From: Planctomycetota bacterium
GTDB lineage: Bacteria; Planctomycetota; Phycisphaerae; UBA1845
Length of the DNA: 64,000 nucleotides
Assembly: GCA_052034525.1 (NCBI GenBank)
Contig: JBPOIK010000112.1
Location: forward strand, 29,874-93,873
Direction: 5' to 3'
Shown here one piece after another: positions 51,456-60,335 of the stretch. Each line of letters starts with the position of its first letter. Position 1 is the stretch's first letter. The notes under the pieces are model-generated. The model was not told the origin of the DNA and made no database searches. It worked only from the letters and a program-made list of their open reading frames with translations. A program made the translations under genes and the position numbers.

Positions 51456-52118
51456 TCAGGTTCGATCGTCAAGGATGATCGGGGCGATTTGTTCGGGGCG
51501 ATCCAGTACGGCGCACGCGCCGGTGCGGCGCAGTTCTTCCACGTCGCGGAACCCCCAGGTGACGCCCAGCGGCACCATGCCGGCGGCGGTGGCCGTCTGC
51601 ATGTCGACGCCCGAATCGCCGATGAAGTTCACGGCAGCGGGGGCCCGATTCAGGCGGTTCGCCAGCCACAGCGCGCCCTGCGGGTCGGGCTTCTTGGGAT
51701 GGCCGGCGTCGGCGCCCAGAACGCAGACGAAGGGCCAGGCGTTCAGCAGGGCGGCGCAGATCTGCGTTGTGGCGTCGTGCGGCTTGTTGGACAGCACGGC
51801 CAACGGGCAGCCGGCGTTCGCCAGCCGATCCAGCGTCCCGGCCATGCCGGGGTACAGCCGGGATCGATCCAGCAGGTGAGCAAGGTAATGGTCGCGGAAT
51901 GCCCGGATCAGCCGTTTCAGCTCTTGTTCGTCCGTGATCCCGGTCGCGCGCTGGATGAGGATCGGCAGTCCGTTGCCGACCATCTGGCGCACGCGTGGCG
52001 GGTCCAGAGGCGGCTTCCCGATCCCGGCGACGGCCACGTTGAGGCTGGCCGTGATGTCGTCCAGGGTGTCGACGAGCGTGCCGTCGAGGTCAAAGATAAC
52101 AGCGGGTGGTCTGTTCAT
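51456..52118 (-). CDS. HAD-superfamily phosphatase (phosphoglycolate phosphatase-like)
   Basis: VIFDLDGTLVDT (motif I), LSNK (motif II), GDSGVDMQTA (motif IV). Confidence 0.85.
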   Translation of the reverse strand: MNRPPAVIFDLDGTLVDTLDDITASLNVAVAGIGKPPLDPPRVRQMVGNGLPILIQRATGITDEQELKRLIRAFRDHYLAHLLDRSRLYPGMAGTLDRLANAGCPLAVLSNKPHDATTQICAALLNAWPFVCVLGADAGHPKKPDPQGALWLANRLNRAPAAVNFIGDSGVDMQTATAAGMVPLGVTWGFRDVEELRRTGACAVLDRPEQIAPIILDDRT

Positions 52119-52235
52119 GGCATTCCGGGTTGCATGGCAAGGCGGTTACGTCTGGTCATTGTGACCGAACTGCTGCGCGCGGTGTACCGCCGTGCGCGGA
52201 GTCGGACGTCCATTGTCTGCTCCGGGAACCTCCCC

Positions 52236-53669
52236 TCAAGACAGCGAAAAGGGGCGGGGTTTGGTGATGAACACGCCCGGTGACGCCGCTTCGATCAGAC
52301 AGGTGCGGTTGCCGGTTTCGGTCTGATAGGCGTCCGCGACGGATGCGACCGCCGCACGGGCCCGGTCCGAATCGTCGATGAGCGCGACCACGACACCTCC
52401 GCAGCCGTGTCCGGACACGCGCGCGCCGTACACGCCGTCGGCCGGACCGCGCTGCCGCAGCCGAGTGACAAGCACGTCTGTGGCGACGGTGCCCAGGCCG
52501 CAGCGCTGCCCGTAGCTCCAGTGGGAAGCGTACATGAGCTCGCCCGCCTCGATGAGGGCGGAGCGTTCCGCCGTGCGGGCGGCGCGTGAGAGGCGCTCGA
52601 CGAACTGGTGCGCGCGGTCGTTTTCGTAAATGTGGTGTTCGGTGCGCGAGCGGATTTTGTAGATGGTGGCCGGGTTGACCCTCGCGTGCGGACAGCCGGT
52701 ATCCTGGAATCGCTCGAGGAATGCCTGCCCCTTGATCTTGGTGGGGATGCGGTCGCGGAAGCGGCTGACATAGTCGCTGATCGTGATCTGGGCGAGAAAG
52801 CCATTCCATCCGGCTCCGGGCTGGCCGGTCCCGCGCATCGCCTGTTCCACGAACGCCTGCCCCATGAATGTGGCCACCCGGGCGTCCACGTATTTGCGCT
52901 GGGCCGCGGGGTGTCGGTAGCCGGATTCGACTCCGATGACCGTCAGTCCGCGCGGCAGTCGCAGATGGCTGACCTGCTCCTGGGGCTGCAATCGCATCTG
53001 GAGCAGCGTGCCGGGCTCTCCGAGCAGGGTGCAATGGACGCCGCTGGCGCCGCCCGACTCGCCGGGGCATCGCACGCGGAGGCCGCGGCACAAGGTGGCG
53101 ACGCGGGCGGGCTCGGCGTTGACGTTCATGGCCGCCGCGGCGGCGCCGATGGTGGCGGCATGCACGGCGGATTCACACCCGACCCCGGCGGAGGGCGGCA
53201 GGCTGGAATGGAACACCAGCGTCAGGCCGCCGCCGAGATGCGGCACGATGCCGTGCCGCAACATGCCGTGCAGGGCCACGGCCGCCGGATACGCCCAGGC
53301 GGCGTCGAATTTCTCGATTCGTTTGAAGAGCGTATCGGCATCGGCCAGTTCGTTGAGTCCGGCGTAGAAGAGCTCCAGCGGCCACTCGGTCCGCACGTCG
53401 TGTCCGTTGCCGCTGCCTTCGAGGGCGTCTACCACGACCCGCTGATCGTTGCGTGCGGCGGAGGCGGCGAACACGGCGCCGGCGGTGGTGACGGTCAGGG
53501 TGACGGAGCCGCTGTGCTCGGCGATGCCGCCCATCACGTCCAGACGACCGGGGGCTCGCACCACCCAACCTTGCCGGGCCGGGGCCAACTCCGCGGAAAA
53601 CGTGTCCGTGATCCGCGAGGTGAACAGGCCCACTTCCTCAGCAAGCGACGTTTCGATCGTCGTGTCCAT
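52236..53669 (-). CDS. GHMP-family sugar kinase (arabinokinase/galactokinase-like)
   Basis: APGRLDVMGGIAEHSGS, SSLPPSAGVGCESA (degenerate GHMP motif), GARVSGHGCGGVVVAL. Confidence 0.8.
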   Translation of the reverse strand: MDTTIETSLAEEVGLFTSRITDTFSAELAPARQGWVVRAPGRLDVMGGIAEHSGSVTLTVTTAGAVFAASAARNDQRVVVDALEGSGNGHDVRTEWPLELFYAGLNELADADTLFKRIEKFDAAWAYPAAVALHGMLRHGIVPHLGGGLTLVFHSSLPPSAGVGCESAVHAATIGAAAAAMNVNAEPARVATLCRGLRVRCPGESGGASGVHCTLLGEPGTLLQMRLQPQEQVSHLRLPRGLTVIGVESGYRHPAAQRKYVDARVATFMGQAFVEQAMRGTGQPGAGWNGFLAQITISDYVSRFRDRIPTKIKGQAFLERFQDTGCPHARVNPATIYKIRSRTEHHIYENDRAHQFVERLSRAARTAERSALIEAGELMYASHWSYGQRCGLGTVATDVLVTRLRQRGPADGVYGARVSGHGCGGVVVALIDDSDRARAAVASVADAYQTETGNRTCLIEAASPGVFITKPRPFSLS

Positions 53670-53700
53670 GGCTCTTTTCCTGCGCCGTGGCGCAAGTTAG

Positions 53701-54117
53701 TCAGGTTTCGTTCTCTTCCGTCTCGGACCAGACTGTTCGCAGGACGCGATCGTCGACATAAATCGGCGTGCCCGTCGCCGCCCCCAGGGCAATGGCGTCG
53801 GACGGCCGGGAGTCGATCTCGACAACTCTTCCGTTGGTGCGCACGACCAGTTGGGCGAAGAAGGTGTGATCACGAAGGTCATTGATCACGATCTTTTCCA
53901 ATTCGGCACCAAGCTCGGTGAGGATGGATGCCATCAAGTCGTGCGTCAACGGGCGCGGCGTCTTGAGCCCTTTCAGGCGACGATCTATCGCCAGCGCCTC
54001 GTTGATGCCGATCAGGATCGGGAAATGTCTTTCGCCGTCCCGCTCCTTCAGAATAATGACCTGCGAATCACCCGTCTCGACTATGATGATCCGTGCCAGG
54101 TCCATTCGGACAAGCAT
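53701..54117 (-). CDS. Bifunctional nuclease family protein (DUF151/BFN)
   Basis: ATG 54117 (GGAAAGG upstream) gives MLVRMDLARIIIVETGDSQVIILKERDGERHFPILIGINEALAI...RPLTHDL...SRPSDAIALG. Confidence 0.85.
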   Translation of the reverse strand: MLVRMDLARIIIVETGDSQVIILKERDGERHFPILIGINEALAIDRRLKGLKTPRPLTHDLMASILTELGAELEKIVINDLRDHTFFAQLVVRTNGRVVEIDSRPSDAIALGAATGTPIYVDDRVLRTVWSETEENET

Positions 54118-54261
54118 GGCCGACCTTTCCAAATCCGATTACAAAGGACAACCTACCGGCCGACTCCAGGGCTGTCAAGGCGGCACGGCGGGGCCCACAC
54201 GTGCCATCGCCGCGCCATACAAATGGCGTGCCACACGCGGTGAACGCACGCGGCGCCGCGA

Positions 54262-55161
54262 TCATTCGCGCTTTTCAGCATCAGGATGCGGGGCGACAAC
54301 CGCCTGGTCGCTCAGAAGCTGACCCAGATGGGCCAACTCCGCCTCGTTCATTGCGAACCAGTGCCCGTCGGCCGGAAAACGTTGCGCCACCACGTCCTCG
54401 GCATACGCCGAAAACGCCTGCGTCAGCGCGGCGTGCTGGTCCGCGTATCGTTTCACGGAACGCGGAGGATGGCCGGCGGAATAGCCAAGCATGTCATGGA
54501 GCACCACGACCGTTCCGTCACAATACGGCCCCGCCACGCATCCGATCACCGGAAGAGGCGTGCGTTCCGCAACGATGCGAGCCACCTCGCCGGGCACGGC
54601 CTCCAGCAGCAGCGCCGCGGCGCCCGCCTGTTCGAGGAGCTTCGCATCCCGCACGATCGTGAATGCCTCGCCGGCGGTTCGACCCTGCACGCGATAGCCG
54701 CCGGTGCGATGGACCGCCTGTGGCCTGAGGCCCAGGTGCGCCATGACCGGAATGGTCGCCCGGGCCATGGCGGCGACCAGGTCGGCCGAGTCGCCGTCCA
54801 CCTCGATTTTGACGCAATCGCAACCGGCTTCGGCCATGAATCGGCCGGCGTTGCGGATGGCGTCGGCGGGGCCGGTCTGGTAGCTGAGATACGGCATGTC
54901 TCCGATGAGAAACGCTCCGGGGGCGCCCCGGCGCACCGCCATCGCAACGGTGATCATCTGGTCCAGGGTTACCGGGAGCGTGCTGGCGTGCCCCAGGCAC
55001 ACCTCGGCGTACGTATCTCCCACAAGGATCACATCCACGCCGGCTTCCGCCATGAGGCGGGCGGTGGAGTAATCGTAGCACGTCAGCATGGGGATCTTGC
55101 GCCGCTCTCGCTTCCTGGCCAGCAGTGAGGCCATCGTCGTTTTGGTCGGAACTCCGCTCAT
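54262..55161 (-). CDS. panB: 3-methyl-2-oxobutanoate hydroxymethyltransferase
   Basis: KIPMLTCYDYSTARL, VILVGDTYAEVCLGHASTLPVTLDQMI, RGAPGAFLIGDMPYLSYQ. ATG 55161 aligns best with known PanB N-termini (track uses TTG 55179). Confidence 0.95.
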   Translation of the reverse strand: MSGVPTKTTMASLLARKRERRKIPMLTCYDYSTARLMAEAGVDVILVGDTYAEVCLGHASTLPVTLDQMITVAMAVRRGAPGAFLIGDMPYLSYQTGPADAIRNAGRFMAEAGCDCVKIEVDGDSADLVAAMARATIPVMAHLGLRPQAVHRTGGYRVQGRTAGEAFTIVRDAKLLEQAGAAALLLEAVPGEVARIVAERTPLPVIGCVAGPYCDGTVVVLHDMLGYSAGHPPRSVKRYADQHAALTQAFSAYAEDVVAQRFPADGHWFAMNEAELAHLGQLLSDQAVVAPHPDAEKRE

Positions 55162-55279
55162 GGCCACAGAATAGGTCAACTCCTCACCGCCCGCAACCAG
55201 AGGCAGACTGGGCCCGTGACAGACTCTGATTGAACGGTGCGCTGGCGTGCCAGACTTGCCGGCCGAGCGGGTCGGGCCG

Positions 55280-55510
55280 CTACGGGATGCCGCTCATTCC
55301 AGATGAGCGCGACGCCGAATGATCGGAACCTGGTCTGTCTTCAGACTCCTGTCCGCGAAAATGGTTGCGTATCCGGCTTGCCGACTCGGGATCGAGCTTC
55401 GTCAATCGATTCTGGGCCAAAATACCCAGATCGGCGGCGGCGCGCAACACCTCTCGGGAGGTCCGATCCAGCTCCCGGGCCAGTTCGTACACTTTTGTGC
55501 GGGGCTTCAT
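55280..55510 (-). CDS. Small stand-alone IF2_N-like domain protein
   Basis: 76 aa. KVYELARELDRTSREVLRAAADLGILAQNRLTKLDPESASRI resembles the N-terminal domain of translation initiation factor IF-2. Confidence 0.6.
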   Translation of the reverse strand: MKPRTKVYELARELDRTSREVLRAAADLGILAQNRLTKLDPESASRIRNHFRGQESEDRPGSDHSASRSSGMSGIP

Positions 55511-55549
55511 GGGCGATCCCTGCGGACGGCGGGTCTCGACATACGTCTT

Positions 55550-56104
55550 TCATTCCATCGAGTGCGCATCGCCGTGCAGCGCTCGACGAGCGGCGGAAAC
55601 CATCTGGTCGCGTTCCTCGGCGTCGTTGGCGGGGGGGAATCGGCGCTCCGCGATCTGCCTGAGCGTGTCCGCCAGGTGCCGTGCGGTGGAGATCAAGGAG
55701 AGAACGGTCGGACCGTGCCCCGTCTCGCCGGCCATCGCTTCGATCTCCCGGACCGTCAGCAGGCGAGGCTTGTGCAGCGGTGCGATTCGTGGTGCATGGG
55801 AGGGCAGGCGGCTTCTGACGCGTTCGACCATCGCGTCATGACCTTCGTGCGCTTCGGCCCGCGTGCCGTGGCGAACGGGCTCCCAATCATGGGGCACGTT
55901 GGAGACCGTTGTCTCATACAGCACGGGCGGGCCTTCCCCGTGGGCATGGTCGCGGCCCAGGAAGCGGGTCACCACTTCCGCCTCGCCGACGTGCGTACGT
56001 CTGATGGTGAGGTCCGCGTTCTCGAACCAGGCCGACCAGATCATCAGGTTCGGTTCGCGAACAGGGTTGCCCTCGGCGTCCAGAATGTACTTGTCGCCCT
56101 CCAC
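55550..56104 (-). CDS. Hypothetical protein (N-terminal half resembles a small phage-associated domain)
   Basis: GTG start with GGGAG upstream. IWSAWFENADLTIRRTHVGEAEVVTRFLGRDHAHGEGPPVLYETTVSN...RHGTRAEAHEGHDAMVERV follows a W...RRV...VSTVFLG-DH...PP-LFETMVF...EA--GH--MV pattern that I recall from prophage ORFs. Confidence 0.6.
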   Translation of the reverse strand: MEGDKYILDAEGNPVREPNLMIWSAWFENADLTIRRTHVGEAEVVTRFLGRDHAHGEGPPVLYETTVSNVPHDWEPVRHGTRAEAHEGHDAMVERVRSRLPSHAPRIAPLHKPRLLTVREIEAMAGETGHGPTVLSLISTARHLADTLRQIAERRFPPANDAEERDQMVSAARRALHGDAHSME

Positions 56105-56316
56105 GGAGACGCTCCCGGCCGGGCTTCGAGTGGCGTGACGATGTCACCGGCAACTCGGGCGGCGCGGCTGACGCCCCAGTATGCCGGAAACAGGTTCTCC
56201 GTCCACCGCCGGCGCCGGACAATTTTCCACGAAAACCTCTGACAGGAGCCGGTTGGCGGGGGCGTCCTACAGGATTCAGGAGGTGACGGCCGCGCGCCTG
56301 TCCGGCCCGTTCGGGC

Positions 56317-56344
56317 TTGACAGGCTGTGGGGTTCGGTTACATA
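56317..56344 (+). promoter_or_regulatory. Candidate sigma70-type promoter of the ABC/GldG operon
   Basis: TTGACA (56317-56322), 16-nt spacer, TACATA (56339-56344), about 100 nt upstream of ATG 56443. By-eye match only. Confidence 0.25.
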
Positions 56345-56442
56345 GGCCCCGTGCGGCCGCCCGGGTGGAACACGCCAAGCCGCTGTTCGCCCGCGTTCGT
56401 AACTCCTTTGTTAAGTTGTATTTTACGGCTACGGGTGATCCA

Positions 56443-57405
56443 ATGATCCGCGTCCGGAACCTTGCGAAACGTTTTGGCGTTGTGACGGCGGTCGACAGCA
56501 TCTCGTTCGACGTCGAGAAGGGGCAGGTGGTGGGCTTCCTCGGACCCAACGGGGCGGGCAAGACCACTACCATGCGAATCCTGACCGGGTACCAACCGGC
56601 TACGGCGGGATCGGCGTCGGTCGCGGGCTACGACGTGCTGCGGCAGTCGCTGGAGGTGCGGCGTTGCATCGGGTACCTGCCGGAGTCGGCCCCGCTGTAC
56701 CCGGAGATGCGGGTGCGGGAGTACCTTCGGTTCCGGTCGAAGCTGCATGGGATGTCGGCGGCCCGCGCGGCGAAGGCGATCGAGAGTGTCGCGGCCCGCT
56801 GCTGGCTGTCGGAGTTCGTGGACCGTCCGATCGGGCAGCTTTCCAAGGGGATGCGTCAGCGGGTGGGGCTGGCGGATGCCATTCTGCACGATCCGCAGGT
56901 GCTGATCCTGGACGAGCCCACGGCGGGTCTGGATCCGACGCAAATCCGCGAATCCCTGAGCCTGATCCGGGAGCTCAGCGACCAGCACACGGTGCTTTTC
57001 AGCTCGCACATTCTGCCGCAGGTCGAGCAGATCTGCGACGAGGTGATCATCATCAGCCGGGGCCGGATCGTGGCGCACGGGGCGCCGCGGAAACTGGGAG
57101 AAGAAAAGGCCGCCGGCTCTCGGCTGATCGCCGAGATTCGCGGTCCGGGCGCGGAGATCGAGCGGGCGGTGGGGGCCCTGGCGGGGGTCGAGGCGGTCGA
57201 GCGGCAGACGCATGACGGCTGGGAGCGTCTGACGATCCGGTCTCGCGGCGGGGACGACATCCGCGAGAAGGTGTACCAGTTGGCGTCTTCGAAAGGCTGG
57301 GGGCTGCGGGAAATCCGCCGGGAGCTGGACAGTCTGGAAGACTACTACATGAGGATCACAAGCGGCGTGATGGATGAACACCGGGCTTCCGGCGCGGGGG
57401 CGTAG
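56443..57405 (+). CDS. ABC transporter ATP-binding protein (GldA-like)
   Basis: ATG 56443 gives MIRVRNLAKRFG...GFLGPNGAGKTTTMRIL, LSKGMRQRVGLA, LILDEPTAGLD. Confidence 0.9.
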   Translation: MIRVRNLAKRFGVVTAVDSISFDVEKGQVVGFLGPNGAGKTTTMRILTGYQPATAGSASVAGYDVLRQSLEVRRCIGYLPESAPLYPEMRVREYLRFRSKLHGMSAARAAKAIESVAARCWLSEFVDRPIGQLSKGMRQRVGLADAILHDPQVLILDEPTAGLDPTQIRESLSLIRELSDQHTVLFSSHILPQVEQICDEVIIISRGRIVAHGAPRKLGEEKAAGSRLIAEIRGPGAEIERAVGALAGVEAVERQTHDGWERLTIRSRGGDDIREKVYQLASSKGWGLREIRRELDSLEDYYMRITSGVMDEHRASGAGA

Positions 57406-57465
57406 CGGTTTTTGCCGGGACGCATCGCTGGAGACGGGACGCCGCTGGACGGGAGATTCCGGATT

Positions 57466-58185
57466 ATGAAACGAGTGTCCACACTGGCCGAACGCGAATT
57501 GAGCGCCTACTTTCTGTCGCCGATCGCGTACGTGGTGCTGACGGTCTTCCTGGCGGTCAGCGGGGTGCTTTTCATCACACAGGTGTTTTCGCCGGGCGCC
57601 GAGTCGTCGTTGCGCGGGCTGAGCAATGACGTCTGGCCGATCATTCTGGTGTTCATTCTGCCCATGATCACCATGCGGCTGCTGGCGGAGGAGTTCCGCA
57701 GCGGGACCATCGAGACGCTGATGACGGCGCCCGTGACGGACACGGACGTGGTGCTGGGCAAGTTTCTCGGCGCGATGGTGTTTTATCTGGTGATCCTGGC
57801 CACGACTCTGTTGTATCCCGTTTTGTTGAGGATCTGGGGCAGCGTGGACTGGGGGATGGCGTTCAGCACGTACCTCGGGTTGATCCTGCTCGGGGGTTTC
57901 TTCATTTCCGTGGGTCTGTTTTTCAGCGCCTGGACGAACAACCAGGTGATTGCCGTGGTGTGCAGCTTCGTGATGCTGGCCGTCCTGGTGTTTCTGGCCC
58001 GATACCTGGGCGGTTTTCTGTCCGGGTTGCCCCGGATGCTGATCCAGCATCTGGACGTTCGGTACCACTACCAGGATTTCGCCCGCGGGGCGGTTGTGCT
58101 GAACCATGTGGCGTACTTCGTGACGTTGACGGCGCTGTTCCTGTTCCTGACGGTCAAAACGCTGGAGTCGCGGCGATGGCGATAG
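57466..58185 (+). CDS. ABC-2 type transporter permease (GldF-like)
   Basis: ATG 57466 gives MKRVSTLAERELSAYFLSPIAYVVLTVFLAVSGVLF. About 6 TM segments. Confidence 0.85.
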   Translation: MKRVSTLAERELSAYFLSPIAYVVLTVFLAVSGVLFITQVFSPGAESSLRGLSNDVWPIILVFILPMITMRLLAEEFRSGTIETLMTAPVTDTDVVLGKFLGAMVFYLVILATTLLYPVLLRIWGSVDWGMAFSTYLGLILLGGFFISVGLFFSAWTNNQVIAVVCSFVMLAVLVFLARYLGGFLSGLPRMLIQHLDVRYHYQDFARGAVVLNHVAYFVTLTALFLFLTVKTLESRRWR

Positions 58186-60329
58186 AGGCAGGCAAATCGA
58201 CGGAGCCCCGGGCAGGGCACAGCGGACGGGCCGTCCGCTGGGCGACCGGGGCGAATGTGGTGGTGGCGGTGTCGCTGGCGGTGGCCCTGGTGGCGGCCCT
58301 GCAGTGGGGAGCGTACACGTTTGACGCCCGGGCGGACCTGACCTCCACGGGCGTGAACACCCTCAGCGGCGGGACGGAGAGACTGCTGGATTCGCTGGAA
58401 GGGGAATTCCGCCTGACGTCCCTGTACTTCAAGACGGACATGGAGGGGGAGGACCAGGCGAAGTACCGAGCGGGGGTGTCGGACCTGCTCAGTCTGTATC
58501 GCGGTACCAATCCCGGCAAAATCCGCGTGGAGCACATCAATCCGCTGCAGGACCACAAGAAGCTCGAGGAGATGTGGAAGCGGCTGCAGGACATCCCGAA
58601 GTTCCAGGAGGCGGCCCGGCCGTACACGGACGCGATCCGGCAGTTCCAGGAGCAGATTGCGCCGGAGGCCTCGAAATGGCTGGCTGAGGAGCTCCAGGAT
58701 ATCGGCGGCCAGACCGGTACGCTCAGCGGCGGCAGGGATGACGCGATTCTCGGGGCGATACGGAACTATCTGAAGGATCATCAGCAGTCGCTGAGCCGAA
58801 CGCAGGAACTGGTCGCAATGGCCGTGCGAAGAGAGACTCCGGACTACGCCGGGGCCGTCGGGGCCATCCGCAGCCTGTATTCGCGGCTGAGCAGCGTCGT
58901 CCGGGACCTGGACGAATCGCAGAACCCCCAGATTCGATCTCTCGTTGCTCAGAGTCCCTCGCTGGAGCAAATGCTGCCGGCGCTCGTGGAGCGGTTCCGT
59001 CCGATCGCGGAGAAGACCGCAAGCGCGCTGCCTCCGGCGGACGACATGCCTCCGCTCGATTTCGATCGAATCAGCCGCACCTTCAGCCAGACCGGCAACT
59101 GCATCCTGGTTGAAGCGGTGGGCAAAGACGCGCGGTTGATCACCTTCGAGGAGACATGGCCTCTGCGGGAAGGTGGAGCGGGTCCGGTGAGCGATTCGTT
59201 CGCCAACCACGAGTTTCGCGGCGAAGAGAAGGTCAGCTCGGCCATTCTCCAGATGGTGGATGAGAAGAAGCCGGCGGTCGTCTTCGTTCGCCACGGGGGG
59301 CCTCCGCTGTTCATTCCGCTGGGTCCGTTCGGCCTGCAGGCTCAGTATCTGCAGATGAAAAACCATCTGACGGACCTGAATTTCACCGTGCATGAGTGGG
59401 ATCTGGCCGAGAGCACCACCCCGCCTCCCATCGACCCGGCGCCATCCTCGACGTTGTACGTCGTGCTCAAACCGATGCCGCCGGAGCAGGCGATGGGCCG
59501 ACCGCCGCGCACGCCGCCTTTTGGCGACGAGCAGAGACGGGCCCTGATCGACGCCCTGGGGGACAACGGGCATGCGCTGTTTGTGGCCGGTTGGTCGCCG
59601 CCGGAGATGGGGCCGATGGCCGGTGGCTATGAGTACCGCGAGTACCTGCGTTCGACGTGGGGAATCGACGTGCAGGACGACACCCTGGTGATCCAGGCCA
59701 TTCCGGTGGCGCCCGAAGAGTTTCAGATCGGATCCGTCATGCTTTCCCGGGGGGTTCCGGGCAAGAACGTGATGGTGCGGGATCTGGGCACCCGACGAAC
59801 GGGGCTTCCGTGGGTTGCGCCGCTGACGCTCGCGGAGAAACCGCCGGACGACGTCACGGTGGAGCCTCTGTTGACGGTCGCGGCACGGGACGGCCTCTGG
59901 GGCATCCGCGATGTGCGGGAGTATGCGCGGCAGCAGGAAGAGACCGGTCACGTCCGCCCGGGGTCGGATGCGAGCTACGGGCCGTTCACGATCGCCGCCG
60001 CGGCGACAAAAGGTGAGGCCCGGATCGTGGTCGTCAGCGCCATGAATTTCGCGATCGATGAGATCGCGTTTCGTCGCGGATGGGCGTTTGTCGGCGACAG
60101 GTCCGTCGAGATGCACGTCTGGCCCGGCAACGTGAGCCTGTTCGTCAACGCGCTGCACTGGCTGGCGGGCAACACGCAGTGGATGAACCTCGGCCGGCCG
60201 ATCGACACGCGCGTGATCGACATCGCGGAGGGGCCGAGCCTGACGTTCGTCAAGGTGCTCAGCTACGGGATCTGGCCCGCCCTGGCCCTGCTCAGCGGCG
60301 GGATCGTTTGGATGATTCGTCGGAGATAA
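58176..60329 (+). CDS. GldG-like ABC-transporter auxiliary protein
   Basis: ATG 58176 overlaps the upstream stop. N- and C-terminal TM helices flank a large exported domain. DLTSTGVNTLSGGTERLLDSLEGEFRLTSLYF is typical of Gldg-family proteins. Confidence 0.8.
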   Translation: MAIEAGKSTEPRAGHSGRAVRWATGANVVVAVSLAVALVAALQWGAYTFDARADLTSTGVNTLSGGTERLLDSLEGEFRLTSLYFKTDMEGEDQAKYRAGVSDLLSLYRGTNPGKIRVEHINPLQDHKKLEEMWKRLQDIPKFQEAARPYTDAIRQFQEQIAPEASKWLAEELQDIGGQTGTLSGGRDDAILGAIRNYLKDHQQSLSRTQELVAMAVRRETPDYAGAVGAIRSLYSRLSSVVRDLDESQNPQIRSLVAQSPSLEQMLPALVERFRPIAEKTASALPPADDMPPLDFDRISRTFSQTGNCILVEAVGKDARLITFEETWPLREGGAGPVSDSFANHEFRGEEKVSSAILQMVDEKKPAVVFVRHGGPPLFIPLGPFGLQAQYLQMKNHLTDLNFTVHEWDLAESTTPPPIDPAPSSTLYVVLKPMPPEQAMGRPPRTPPFGDEQRRALIDALGDNGHALFVAGWSPPEMGPMAGGYEYREYLRSTWGIDVQDDTLVIQAIPVAPEEFQIGSVMLSRGVPGKNVMVRDLGTRRTGLPWVAPLTLAEKPPDDVTVEPLLTVAARDGLWGIRDVREYARQQEETGHVRPGSDASYGPFTIAAAATKGEARIVVVSAMNFAIDEIAFRRGWAFVGDRSVEMHVWPGNVSLFVNALHWLAGNTQWMNLGRPIDTRVIDIAEGPSLTFVKVLSYGIWPALALLSGGIVWMIRRR

Positions 60330-60335
60330 GCGGCG

